From NCBI GenBank assembly GCA_003693705.1, contig RBZT01000860.1, positions 1 through 33,966 on the forward strand: a stretch of 33,966 nucleotides of DNA, given 5' to 3'. Under the pieces are notes generated by a model, which saw only the letters and a list, made by a program, of their open reading frames with translations, was not told where the DNA came from and ran no database searches. The DNA comes from Polymyxa betae A26-41. Taxonomy: Eukaryota > Protista > Endomyxa: Phytomyxea. The position numbers and the translations under genes are program-made. The stretch's first letter is position 1; each line of letters opens with the position of its first letter. Of this stretch, positions 1 through 9,669 are shown one piece after another.

Positions 1-284
1 ATTGGGACCTATATAAAAGACACTTTTTAACTGGATTCGTTTCGTGACCGTGAAATACTATCAGGTTCAACTCCCTGTAGGATTGGGGCAAAAGAGGGCT
101 GCCTTCACTGTCAAAGTCTCTAAGTCCTCTGTAGGGCTGAAATACGATTATCATTCATGGGCTGAAATATCTCCGAAAATATTAAGTAGGAGAACCTGGA
201 CCTCGGTTTAGGCCCCGCACTAGGGTTATTGTGCCGCCCACTCTGCCGAAAGGTGCGAACAAATAGTGCAATCCAATCCAATTC
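1..284 (+). mobile_element. 3' end (UTR plus AATCC tail) of a LINE/SINE related to the LINE at 23450-24960
   Basis: Shares ordered blocks with the reverse complement of 23450-23710: GGTTC.A.TCCCTGT.GGATTGGG, CTCT.A.GTCCT..TAGGGC.G, TACGAT, CCGAAAAT..AGTA.G..CCTGGA, GCCGCC, GCGAAC. Ends in AATCCAATCCAATTC at 270-284, where the Crypton-like reading breaks off. Confidence 0.65.
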
Positions 285-568
285 AAGTTCGTCGACATTG
301 AAATGAATTTCGGAGTTATTTTGACGTTGCGACCACGCTTTCGACATGGCCTATACGCCTGATAATAGAGGAATCCAAAAACCTTCTCTTCGGTCACTGT
401 CGTGGGAATATCATGATGGGAATACATAGCATTGCAAACAGAAAGGAATTCTTTGCCTTTCCTGTCATAGGCGATCTTTGTATTGCGGCGGGTCAACTGC
501 TCTTCCTGATCCAGAATACGTTGCGCTTGAGCCGCAAATGAACCACTGGTGAACGATATTTTCGTCAA
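285..568 (-). mobile_element. Crypton-like (tyrosine recombinase / Ndc10-related) transposon, N-terminal remnant
   Basis: NTKIAYDRKGKEFLSVC...TVTEEKVFGFLYYQAYRPCRKRG resembles the N-terminal helical region of Crypton recombinases. The similarity ends at about the LINE tail. Confidence 0.6.
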
Positions 569-758
569 ATCAACAACGAAAACTACTGAGATTCGGAACT
601 ACCAGGTCAATCGGGCTATCACGCAGTTTTACGGTTACTATTTCTCCGTCAGACTCCCATACAAAATCTAGTCTGACTAGCCTCTATCCGAAAATAAATA
701 ATCTCTAATTATTTAAACGGCAACCAGATGCCCCTAAAAGTCCGTGGGCAAACACGGA

Positions 759-1369
759 GTTCCAAGTAGAAAGAGGTAATAAAGAAAAGAGTTGCGGAAA
801 AACTGCGCCGCAATCTGATTGGTAGGACCTATTTTGTCATCTCTTTCGTTTCGAAAGAGGTCACGGACCTCTTTTTCCGTACGTCATCTCTTTTTCTTTA
901 ACGTTACTTCTCTCATTCAATGACCAATGACAATGCTCCTTCGACAATTGCAGCCCTCTTTGGGGCAGTCACCGCTGCCCTGGGCGCTGTCATTGCTGTG
1001 GTAGACGATGATCTTCATACTGATGGTCGAAGCTATCGCCGATCGCAATCGAAAAAATTGATATTGGTGTTTCATTATACGCTGTTGCTAATTTAAATGC
1101 AGCTTTCGACTTTGGCTGCAGGTTCGGGAGCATCGGATGGCTGCTCCAGGTTGCCGGTATCCTGGGCAGTGTCTTCATTAGCTGAATCGGCAGCCCAAGC
1201 CTGAAGCATAGCGTCGTCGTTGTCCATGGCTGCAGGCAAAGACGAATTTTCAACAGATCTAGCCAATCAGATTGCCGCAAAAAAAAGAGGTCGCGCAATA
1301 GATGACCTCATTCGGACCACGCAAATTGATAAACCTCTTTTTTATTTACCTCTTTTTTTTACTTGGACC
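759..1369. mobile_element. MITE-like element with long degenerate terminal inverted repeats
   Basis: Left GTTCCAAGTAGAAAGAGGTAATAAAGAAAAGAG versus right reverse complement GGTCCAAGTAAAAAAAAGAGGTAAATAAAAAAGAGG. A second inverted block GCAATCTGATTGG (~810) / CCAATCAGATTGC (~1263). No TSD found. Confidence 0.5.
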
Positions 1370-1409
1370 ACCCTCTTATGATGCGGGCAACCCTCCCTAT
1401 ATAGAGCGG

Positions 1410-1736
1410 TGTCGTGTCACACGATCAAAACCCTAAACCCTAAAACCCTACCTGATGAAGTCGGAGACGCGCAGCCTGTCAAAACAGATGAAGATGCTAC
1501 TCCGGCGCAACCCGCCCGGGGGGCCTCTCGTCCCATGACAGCTGCTTTGACCGGCAGCGGTCCAGTACGTCCTGTACGCAAGTGCCGCTTCTATTAAGCG
1601 ACGTTCGCGCAGCCCCGGACCTGTCCTGACTTGTCCTGTTTAAGAGACCTTTTTATCATTAATCTTTTGGAAATAAAAGTGCGGTTCAATTCCGCTTGAC
1701 CACCGTCTGCCGACTTCCATTAGAGTGATCATCACA
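1410..1736 (+). mobile_element. solo LTR (327 bp)
   Basis: Starts TGTCGTG and ends CATCACA. Flanked by a perfect 5-bp TSD AGCGG (1405-1409, 1737-1741). AATAAA near 1672. Contains AAAACCCTAAACCCTAAAACCCTA. Confidence 0.85.
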
Positions 1737-2734
1737 AGCGGTTCAGTCTTGTCGGTTCACTCTTGTAGGCTCGCGGAGGCCCCGCGCCGCAGAATTTAGT
1801 CCGCGAGCATACAGGCTCATGTATTTGTTAGAAGACACTGATTTCGATAACAAATTTATTCATGAATCTTTATCAGATGTCAAACGATCCTGAGATTGAC
1901 CCTTTTTCATAAATAAGTTTATGCGCAGCTCCAAATGTGATCATTTTCCCTTGGCCTTTAGCGGGATATCATTATAAATTCAAACCCAATATTTGGCAAA
2001 CGATTGCAAAAGATTTCGTCGCATTTGACTAGGATTTTCAAATAGAGAGATGTCAAGAATTTTGGTAGTCTCCTCTGCAGTCAGTTAGTTTTCACTCTGC
2101 GCTTATATAACACTCCATCGACAACGAGGGGTGAAGATACGTGATTATGATGTAAACGTGAACAAAATAATTCCGGCTGTTGCAATCAAAATTGAAAGCG
2201 ATTCGAAACGGGCAGCATCAGTCGTTGCTGCCTTTACTGATTCTGTTATAGACTTATAGTGCAAGATTGAACGACCACCTTTCGATCAAATAACTCCATT
2301 GCCTTCTATCATCATATGAAATTTTCGTGCGAGGTTAAAGCCATTTTGTAAAGCGATTTGCTGCATAGTTGGACGCGTTCCGCATTCTCATTGTATTGAT
2401 GTATTCATCCAAAATAGGATCTAGGGCTGTGTTTTCGCCCATTGATCCCAAATTCTAGAGTTTCCTGACAATATTTCGCCTTCTGGCAACGAGGTTCATC
2501 TAAATCGCTCATTTGGGAGGTTGATAGAGCATGATCCATCGACTTCGCTGATAGAAAGCAACTAAGGAGGTGCTGCTGTGGGTAAAGATAGCAAGAGTAA
2601 GTATTTATGTAGGACAGTAACAATATCATAAGGTAGGTGATCACGTGACCATTGTGAGATCGCATCATGGAGACTTTACCATTGAATGGGCGCGCAGCCC
2701 AGATGACGACTGCTCTAACATTCGCGACAGCCTG

Positions 2735-3412
2735 TCAACATTGCGTCAACGCGACATAAGCAGGAACGGGAGGATAAGACGATTCTGGACACGATAGCAG
2801 GCCCCCTCTCTTCAGAAGCAGATTATCCTCCCAGCAGACTAAATTATCGAGAGTTTTTTTATTGATAAAGTGTGGCTGTAATCTGAATCTAGATCGCCCC
2901 ATCTTGGGCAATTCCAATTCGCATCTTTTCGTGCATCGTTTAGCCGGGCAGCCTTCTCGGCCGCCATCTCTGTGGTCGCCGCTTCCTTTCATGGTCGTCA
3001 TCCTTGTGATCGCCATTATAACGGTCGTCGATTCTCGATCGCCGCTTTGGCCCTTCTAGGCTCTATGTTGGAAATAAACTTGGCTTGTCCTTCGGCTCTT
3101 GTGTTCTCTAAGTCGGAACTTGACGACTTCTTCTCAACTGCGGCTCACGTTTGGCTCTTTTCAGTTGGAATCCAGCTCCTGCTCCCTGGCAGGGTTGTAC
3201 CTCTCTCCCGAATGTTCGCTAGTCTTTGCAGCGAAACTCCACGCAGCTATATATAGAGGCAAGTGGGACTCTTAATCTGTTAGACGGGAGAGGGTTTTGA
3301 ACTGGAATGTGTTTGAAGAAGTGTTTTATTTGTTAGCATGCAATAGGGAGGCAATAATTCCTTTTGAATTAGCGTGAGTCAACGCTATTGATATCTCGAG
3401 ATTGGTCTAACA
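2735..3412 (-). mobile_element. truncated Ty1/copia 5' end: 135-bp LTR (3278-3412), PBS (3263-3277), degenerate gag start
   Basis: LTR has perfect 8-bp inverted ends TGTTAGAC...GTCTAACA. On the - strand it is followed at once by GATTAAGAGTCCCAC. Downstream KKTLDNLVCWEDNLLLKRGGLL loosely fits the copia gag N-terminal motif N-x3-W...L-x3-GL. Confidence 0.7.
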
Positions 3413-3459
3413 GCGCTCATATGCTAACATGAATGTTGTTTTCTGTAGGTGGTATACAT

Positions 3460-3580
3460 CCTAAAAGCCTCTTAAAGAAAGCCCCTAAAACAGCCCCTAA
3501 AGGAGCTCCTAAACAAACCCCCTAAAAAAGCCCTTAAAAACATCCCCTAACAAAGCCCCTCAAAAAAGCCCCTTAAAAAC
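3460..3580 (+). repeat. degenerate ~12-bp minisatellite (CCTAAAAAAGCC)n encoding PKKA-like repeats
   Basis: About 9 imperfect units. Follows a TTTTCTGTAG acceptor-like site and reads PKSLLKKAPKTAPKGAPKQTP before the frame is lost. Confidence 0.7.
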
Positions 3581-3729
3581 AAATATACAAGCCACTCAGA
3601 CAGGCAGCCTCTATAGGAGCAGCCTCCTTTGGCGCAGCCTGGTGCTCGGCCATATTGACAGCAGACAGTCCCATCACCCCTATATGGTACCGGTAGTACA
3701 ACTAGTTAGTTGTAGACTGCGTGGTCGAA

Positions 3730-4369
3730 CAATGGAAGGCTACCAAAAATCGCGCAAACGCAATTTATGTCATGACACAAATTAGAATTTATGTCGAGTT
3801 TGTGTCATCGTTTGTGTCAAGTTTGAGCGAGCTTTGTGCGCAAACAGTCCACCAATAATGACACAAGCATTTCTCAGTTCTATTAGAATTCTTTATAAAA
3901 AATGAATAAAAAATAAGAAAACTCTGGCTCCGTGTCAATCATGAAGCATCTGCAGATGATGCAGCTATTTGCCATGTTGATTCCGGAGCACGTCAGAGGC
4001 TTCGCAGACGCCGATTGATCTTGTTTACCGATTTTCAACAAAAAATCATGTTACTGATAAAATTTCGGGGCCTTTGAAGGTTTTGCCCTTTTTGGCCTTC
4101 TTGTCAACAGGAGCCATGGGTCTGATCTCGAGATGGAACGAAGAAATTGACAAGAACCACAGTCTAGACTACGAAGTAAACAAAAGACCCTGCAATTTAA
4201 TGGCTGTGGGGAGGTCCGTGGCGCAGATTTTATTTGTGCCATGACACAAAATCTGGTGAGACGTAAATTACGTCTCACCAACGTTTGTGTCACGTTTGTG
4301 TTCACATTTATGTCACATTTGAGTCGTGACATAAATTGCGTTTGCGCTATTTTTGGTAGCCTTCCAATG
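3730..4369. mobile_element. MITE with ~50-bp TIRs
   Basis: CA(A/T)TGGAAGGCTACCAAAAAT(C/A)GCGCAAACGCAATTTATGTCA(T/C)GAC(A/T)CAAAT is inverted at both ends. Internal repeats of TTTGTGTCA/TGACACAA. Superfamily not determined. Confidence 0.85.
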
Positions 4370-4372
4370 TTA

Positions 4373-4684
4373 GAGCATCCACAGCGCGCAAATCTATTCG
4401 TCCAAATCTATTCTCGAATAGAGCAGAAATAATCCGCGTAAAATAGAATAGAACCGAATTCTCACACCGCGGGGATTAACTATCCGCAGTTGTATTTCGG
4501 TTTTGCCTAAGAACCCGATAGAAAGTGCGGGATAGCTAGGGTGCTATTTTAGCGTCGATCGGGGGGAAAATAGCGTCGATCTATTTTAAACTACGGAATA
4601 GAACTGTGCGGTGCGGGAATTTTTTGCGATTCTATTGCTATCTTAGCTTAATTTCGTGAATAGAAGTGCGCGGTGTGGATGCTC
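4373..4684. mobile_element. PIF/Harbinger (Tourist-like) MITE
   Basis: TIR GAGCATCCACA.CGCGCA..TCTATTC at both ends. TTA TSD at 4370-4372 and 4685-4687. Internal repeated AATAGA/TCTATT motifs. Confidence 0.88.
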
Positions 4685-4751
4685 TTAGTGCAGGTTCGTT
4701 AATAAAAACTAAATAAACAAAAATAGCACAAGTCACAGGCGCACCATCAGT

Positions 4752-5130
4752 TTGTGTCATTCCTTTGTTTCAGAGCTGGAAACTACGCGAAAGCGGAATC
4801 GAAGGTGCCCACTGATTCTTAGAAAAAACACAAACAAATGCGGATGTACTTTCTTGATCAAGTTGAATGCCACAGGAAATGGCTTGTATGAAATATCCCT
4901 CTTAGAGCCGGTTCACAATCATGAGCTGTTTGAGACCTGAGAGCTGTCGCAGCTTTCTCATAATCGATGATTCCTGAAGAGTCAAGTCTCGAATTTTGGA
5001 GCTCAAAAGCCATGGATAACTAGCTCGCAAATTCAAACACTGGTTAAAAGTGAATTCGATTTCCCAACTATTTGGATCAAACGCGACATGTAAAATACGT
5101 TGCAGAGTGTAAAACTTAATGCAGAAAGCA
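4752..5130 (+). mobile_element. MULE/Mutator transposase remnant (FAR1/WRKY-GCM1-type zinc finger)
   Basis: TNKCGCTFLIKL...YEISLLEPVHNHEL, then ITSSQIQTLV...IKRDM*N. Interrupted by stops. Confidence 0.7.
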
Positions 5131-5884
5131 TGTGACAGGAGGCTTGATGACCAGCATATAGTTTATTGAGCTAACAGCCTAACACTTCGGGTTGTAATAA
5201 AATTCGGGATATCGGAGTCATGCAAAGAATCATTCCTCTGTTTCCATGATATCTTGAAAATAGATCCAAAAAGAAGAGAAAGACGACCAAATACAATCTG
5301 CTCTTTCCAAATGCAATGAAAATGAGAGCAATAGTTAATCCAGGCACGCTCTATTAGTGAAGCGAAAAGTATAGCAGAGTCAAGTGGGATAAGTGTCTAT
5401 CCCTTCGCCTCACTGTCTACACAATGATAGGTCACTCACTGTTCCTGCATGGTGCTGTCTTGTCCAATTTGATGATTATGTGATATCACTGTCAGATTCT
5501 CCCTCTCTCACCCTCTCTTTGCCAGCATCTTAAATGCGCAACTCCGTGGTTGCCAACGTACTTATAGGGTGTCGTGGCGAGCACGACTTGGATCGCATAA
5601 ACACGGTATGAGCGAATTCTGTATCAAACGAAGAATGATTGTACTAGTATTATTTTTATATTATTACCCTAGGCGACATTCTGCGTGTGTGCTGTGGTAA
5701 AACAGCTCTGGTGTCATGCCGTCATGCATGATATGTGTCATGTGACAATTGCGAGCACTGACGCACTGTGTCGGTTCGGCGATTTTCCCACATCATAGGG
5801 GCATCTGGTTGCCTGTGTACATTTGCAGGGTCGATAACGTAATGCGGGAGGGGCCTCCTTCCTTGTCTCACATTCTTCTTTTGA

Positions 5885-6903
5885 ATGAATATCGCTCTAG
5901 ACGCGAATCATGCCAGCCTGTTCCATGAGCGCACGTCGCTGGCGTCGCTCGTCCAACGCATCCAGGAGCGCGTGGCTGCGTCTGATTCCCAGGTCGACAA
6001 AGCACTGTCCGGCCTGAATCATGCCCGGTTCGCCCTCAATGTCCGACGTCTCATCCTGGATGCCATCGAAAACGTCGCCGATCCACTCGTCGTGGCTGAA
6101 GCTATGAGCCTCGATGCCGTTGCTTTAGAAGTTCGTTTGTTTCAATGTTTTAGTTTTTTTCACTTAGTCGGTTTATCTTGAACGCTCCAGATAGCGTTTC
6201 GCTCTATGTTAACCTCTAGTTGACGAAATAACTTTCTATTTTTACCCAGATTGGATTCACAATTGTGTTTCTCGGCTATGCTGCTGACGCAAATTAGCTA
6301 AATAGTTTCCTTCAGGGTGAAAAACCGGCTCAAATTCCGGTTGAGGCCGTCGTCACCTATCTCCATGAGCTTCTTCAGCCTCTGCGAAACTTCCTGGCGT
6401 CATCGTCGTCCATCGACACCGACGTCCGTCATCTCCAAGAGCGGCTCCAGCAACAGCGCGACCAAATCGTTCGCCGCCGCGCCGCAATCTACGATCGTCT
6501 CGTCAGCGTCTACGGCGCCCTACAAAAGACGCTGACTCTGCTCCAGCTTCTGATCGTCGATCACAAACTCGGCCGGCAGCGGGTCTTCGATGACACCCTA
6601 ATTGAGGTCCTGTGACAGCGTGCCATTGCCTTCAATCTGAAGCTACGAGCCATGAGACGGCGTCTGGAGCTGGATACCTACCGGCCCGACGCCGTACAGG
6701 CCCTGCACTGCATCCGGGAGCGGCTCCGCGCCGGTCTCGACGGCGCCCGCGGCAAACAGGACGCTGTCAGATGCCGGCTCGGACAGTTCGAGGGCATCGT
6801 CGAGTTCGACCGAATCGTGGCTGAATACGGGGAGGTTCGAAGACAGATCGCGCTGCAGAAAGAGTTGATTCAGCATTTAAATGTGAACGATTTTGAGACA
6901 TAG
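5885..6903 (+). pseudogene. HAUS4: HAUS4/AUG4 augmin subunit homolog with an in-frame TGA at 6613-6615
   Basis: Exon 5885-6130 (GT donor at 6131) and last exon 6316-6903 after TTCCTTCAG. Last exon reads LIVDHKLGRQRVFDDTLIEVL*QRAIAFNLKLRAMRRRLELDTYRPDAVQALHCIRERL...RLGQFEGIVEFDRIVAEYGEVRRQI, matching the HAUS4 C-terminal pattern (HKL..Q...D; KLR.L...L.L.TY....ALH.IR..L; FD.I...Y). Possible micro-exons in 6191-6266 are unresolved. Confidence 0.75.
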
Positions 6904-7283
6904 CAATATAAGGCTAGGGTTATGTCGACATTTTCACATTCATTGTGTGTGTATGTGTTGCTGTATTCGAGTAGTTGTGTATGGTGCCCTTGCAGCAGCT
7001 TTTCCTGTTTCTAAAGACCTGGGTCAGTACTATAGCAAACTGAATCGCCCTCTTCAAGTTACAAAAGTCTATTTACCAAAAATGCATTATATCGGCCTCA
7101 ATGGAAAGTGAGAGCATGACGAAGTGAAGATGCGCCAACTACCCTTCGAAGTCAGCTTATCGCTGTCGGTTTTGGTGAATTCGAAAGATCTCCACATTCG
7201 AGTCTCTATTACGGCTGTCTTGTCTTCACAGCTGATTGCTTGAACGATTTCGGGTGTGTTTCCTCATCTGGGCCATATCCGCC

Positions 7284-8404
7284 CTATCGGCTTGCCATAA
7301 TGATTCTTGCAGAACAATTATTCATCGAATCGTGTTGGTCTGATTCGTCGGTGGACCCAGCCGCCTCACGATAATCGTTTTGTAGTGTTATGAAATCGTC
7401 ACGTATCCATACCCTTGGCCAGATACCAATGCACGAATGCACTGCACCACGGTCATACAGCCGATTGAAGTCACGCCCGACCCGTGCCATTGTATCGGCG
7501 ATCGGCGTCGTTTTTGCAAGACTTCGTTATGGATGCCGACCTTGAATCCGGTCGGACACCTGCTGGGGTTAGGGATTTAGGGTTTCAGGTCGGTAATTGT
7601 TATGTTACCAGTCGACGAACTACATCGTGCGTTTCGATTTGAGCTGCACCACGGCCGCATTCACGTTCTTCGGACTCACATCGCAACGATACATCAGTGC
7701 GAAGGCCAGGTACTTGCCCTGGGCCGGGTCACCCTGGACCTGGATATGCTTAGGGTTAGGGTTTACGGATCTGTTGACAGTGGTCCACCATCTGATTAGA
7801 GCGCTCGAATGCAGCTGTGGTGATCTGCTGCACCGATAGATTCTCATTGAATGCAACTTGAGCTGTTACTACATATGCAAATGATCAATCGGGAAATGAA
7901 GACGTGGCTATGGGACCAAATTAGTCGGTAGATCAACAATATGATGATTCAGGCCGGCGCCGTTATTTGGGAACCGAGATGACGCCTGGACAGCCAAGTT
8001 TCAGGAGCATTCAAACAATTGCAAATAAAAATAACCGTGATTGAGGATTGAACCTGTGCAAGCAGAGAATTGACATAAACATAAGAAGGACGATCAACAT
8101 TCAGGTTCTGTGTTGCCAGGTCGTACAGGGAACGGTTATCGACCAGTAACGACATCCGTATCTGATCCAGCGTGGCGTGCAGGTCCAGGACGGCATTGTA
8201 CGGCTCCAATGGCGAACGCGGACGGTGCCACGCCGACTTGTACGACCTGGATCTTGCTGCCGAGGTCCGTGACGATATCGCCGACCAGATGGGCGCCAAG
8301 TCCGCTACCCGAACCGTCCCCAAGTCAGCACTGGATAACAACGCTGCCGAGACGATCACTTCTCGGCCTGGCGTCGGCGCTGATATGACGTCCTCCGCCC
8401 TCAT
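7284..8404 (-). pseudogene. highly divergent alpha-tubulin-like pseudogene, N-terminus not found
   Basis: Colinear tubulin motifs: LGDGSGSGLG (GGGTGSG), EPYNAVL, VDNRSLYDLATQNLNVDRPSY..VNSLLAQVQSSIT|ASSRF, TNLVP*PRLHFP, DPAQGKYLAFALMYRCDVSPKNVNAAV, KRTM*FVDW|CPTGFKVGI, MARVGRDFNRLYDRGAVH. GT-AG introns at 7986-8035 and 7560-7608, and an acceptor at 7740. TAG stops at 7908-7910 and 7620-7622, a TGA near 8326, frameshifts and a deletion. Confidence 0.92.
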
Positions 8405-8860
8405 CTTTCATGGCTCTACTATATCAGATCTCTTACTCAGGTACGACCAGCTTGTAACCTGATCCACGACCTCGGCCTCCTGCACGCCCGTACACTGGAA
8501 ATCCCTCATACATTGGGATGTACTGAGCTCTATATGTAGATGGGATATGGAGAAAGATCCTCAGGCATTGACCGATACGGATATCAGTTGATGACGTGCA
8601 GGCAGGACGTGATCCAGAACCGGAATCTGTCATGATGTCAGTAAGCGTGAGCAGAAACAGTAGCTATCTAGAGTTCGAGATTGAGATTGTTACAAACGTT
8701 CAGAAGTGAATTTATTGTCAATAAATTATAGTATTCATTCATCGGCCATCGGCCATACTGGCCCATCACTAACCATTCATCCAGAATTGACTGCGAAACC
8801 CTAAACTCTAACAATAACAAGGACAGGGTCGAACGCACATTTGCCGACGTACTGGACCAT

Positions 8861-9370
8861 ATGGACCGGGTTATGTCCGAGCTGGTTATGAAACCGATAG
8901 CCGGGCAGCATCTCGAGGTCGTTGAAGATCTCTGGAGGCAGTACGACGAGCGAGTGGCCGCCCTTGGATGGCAGACGTGGTTCGCAACACCGCGCCGGGC
9001 CGTCCAGGACCTGATCGAGGCCGTACGTCCCCGCGGACTTCATCAACTGATCCGGAGCAACGTGACGTGCGACGTCGAACTGGCCCAGGACCCCGTCAAG
9101 TTCCTGGGTCGGATGAAACAGGTTGCGGATCTGTTCGAGACCGTGATGCATTATAATCGCGTTGCCCATCAGAAATGGGAGAAGAAATCTGTTAACGATG
9201 TGAGGGAGGGAAGTGAGGTGATTGTACAGAAGAAGAGAAGGAATTGTATGGTGTTAGATATTGAGAGAGGACGACATATATCATGTTTTAATTGACATGA
9301 GAAAGGACATCCATCATTTCTATGTCCACAGAACAAAGTTAAGAAACCGAAAATTCAACATATTAAGTGA
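8861..9370 (+). mobile_element. retrotransposon gag-like remnant with CCHC zinc knuckle
   Basis: Reading through the TGA at 9293-9295 gives CFN*HEKGHPSFLCP, i.e. C-x2-C-x4-H-x4-C. It follows a helical capsid-like region. Confidence 0.6.
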
Positions 9371-9669
9371 TGCCGTTTGTGAGAGAAAGAGAGAGAAGCG
9401 ATATCATTAATATTGAGACGAAATCTGCGAAATCTGATCCTACGATAAGAGAATAATCGCACGGGATCTGGTAGACTGGAAATCGTAATGAATGTAATAA
9501 ACCGACATGGGTTGTGTTGTAGTTCGTGCAGCAGATCTCCGATATCAAGGCACCAAATAAAGCGTCAAAACAACAAAGGATGGATCAGCTCGACCGCATC
9601 CCAAGATTGAGGGTGCAATGTATTAAACCGACAATCATTCTCACGAAAACGATCAACAGAGCGGTCTGA

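Noticed and set aside
8433-8633. GGRGRGSG as the tubulin signature exon
   Set aside because: The true signature (GDGSGSG) is at ~8300-8322 in colinear context, so this match appears coincidental.
9293-9295. UGA reassigned to Cys as an alternative genetic code
   Set aside because: An intact ORF ends in TGA (18619), and neighbouring loci carry TAG stops and frameshifts, so pseudogene decay explains it.
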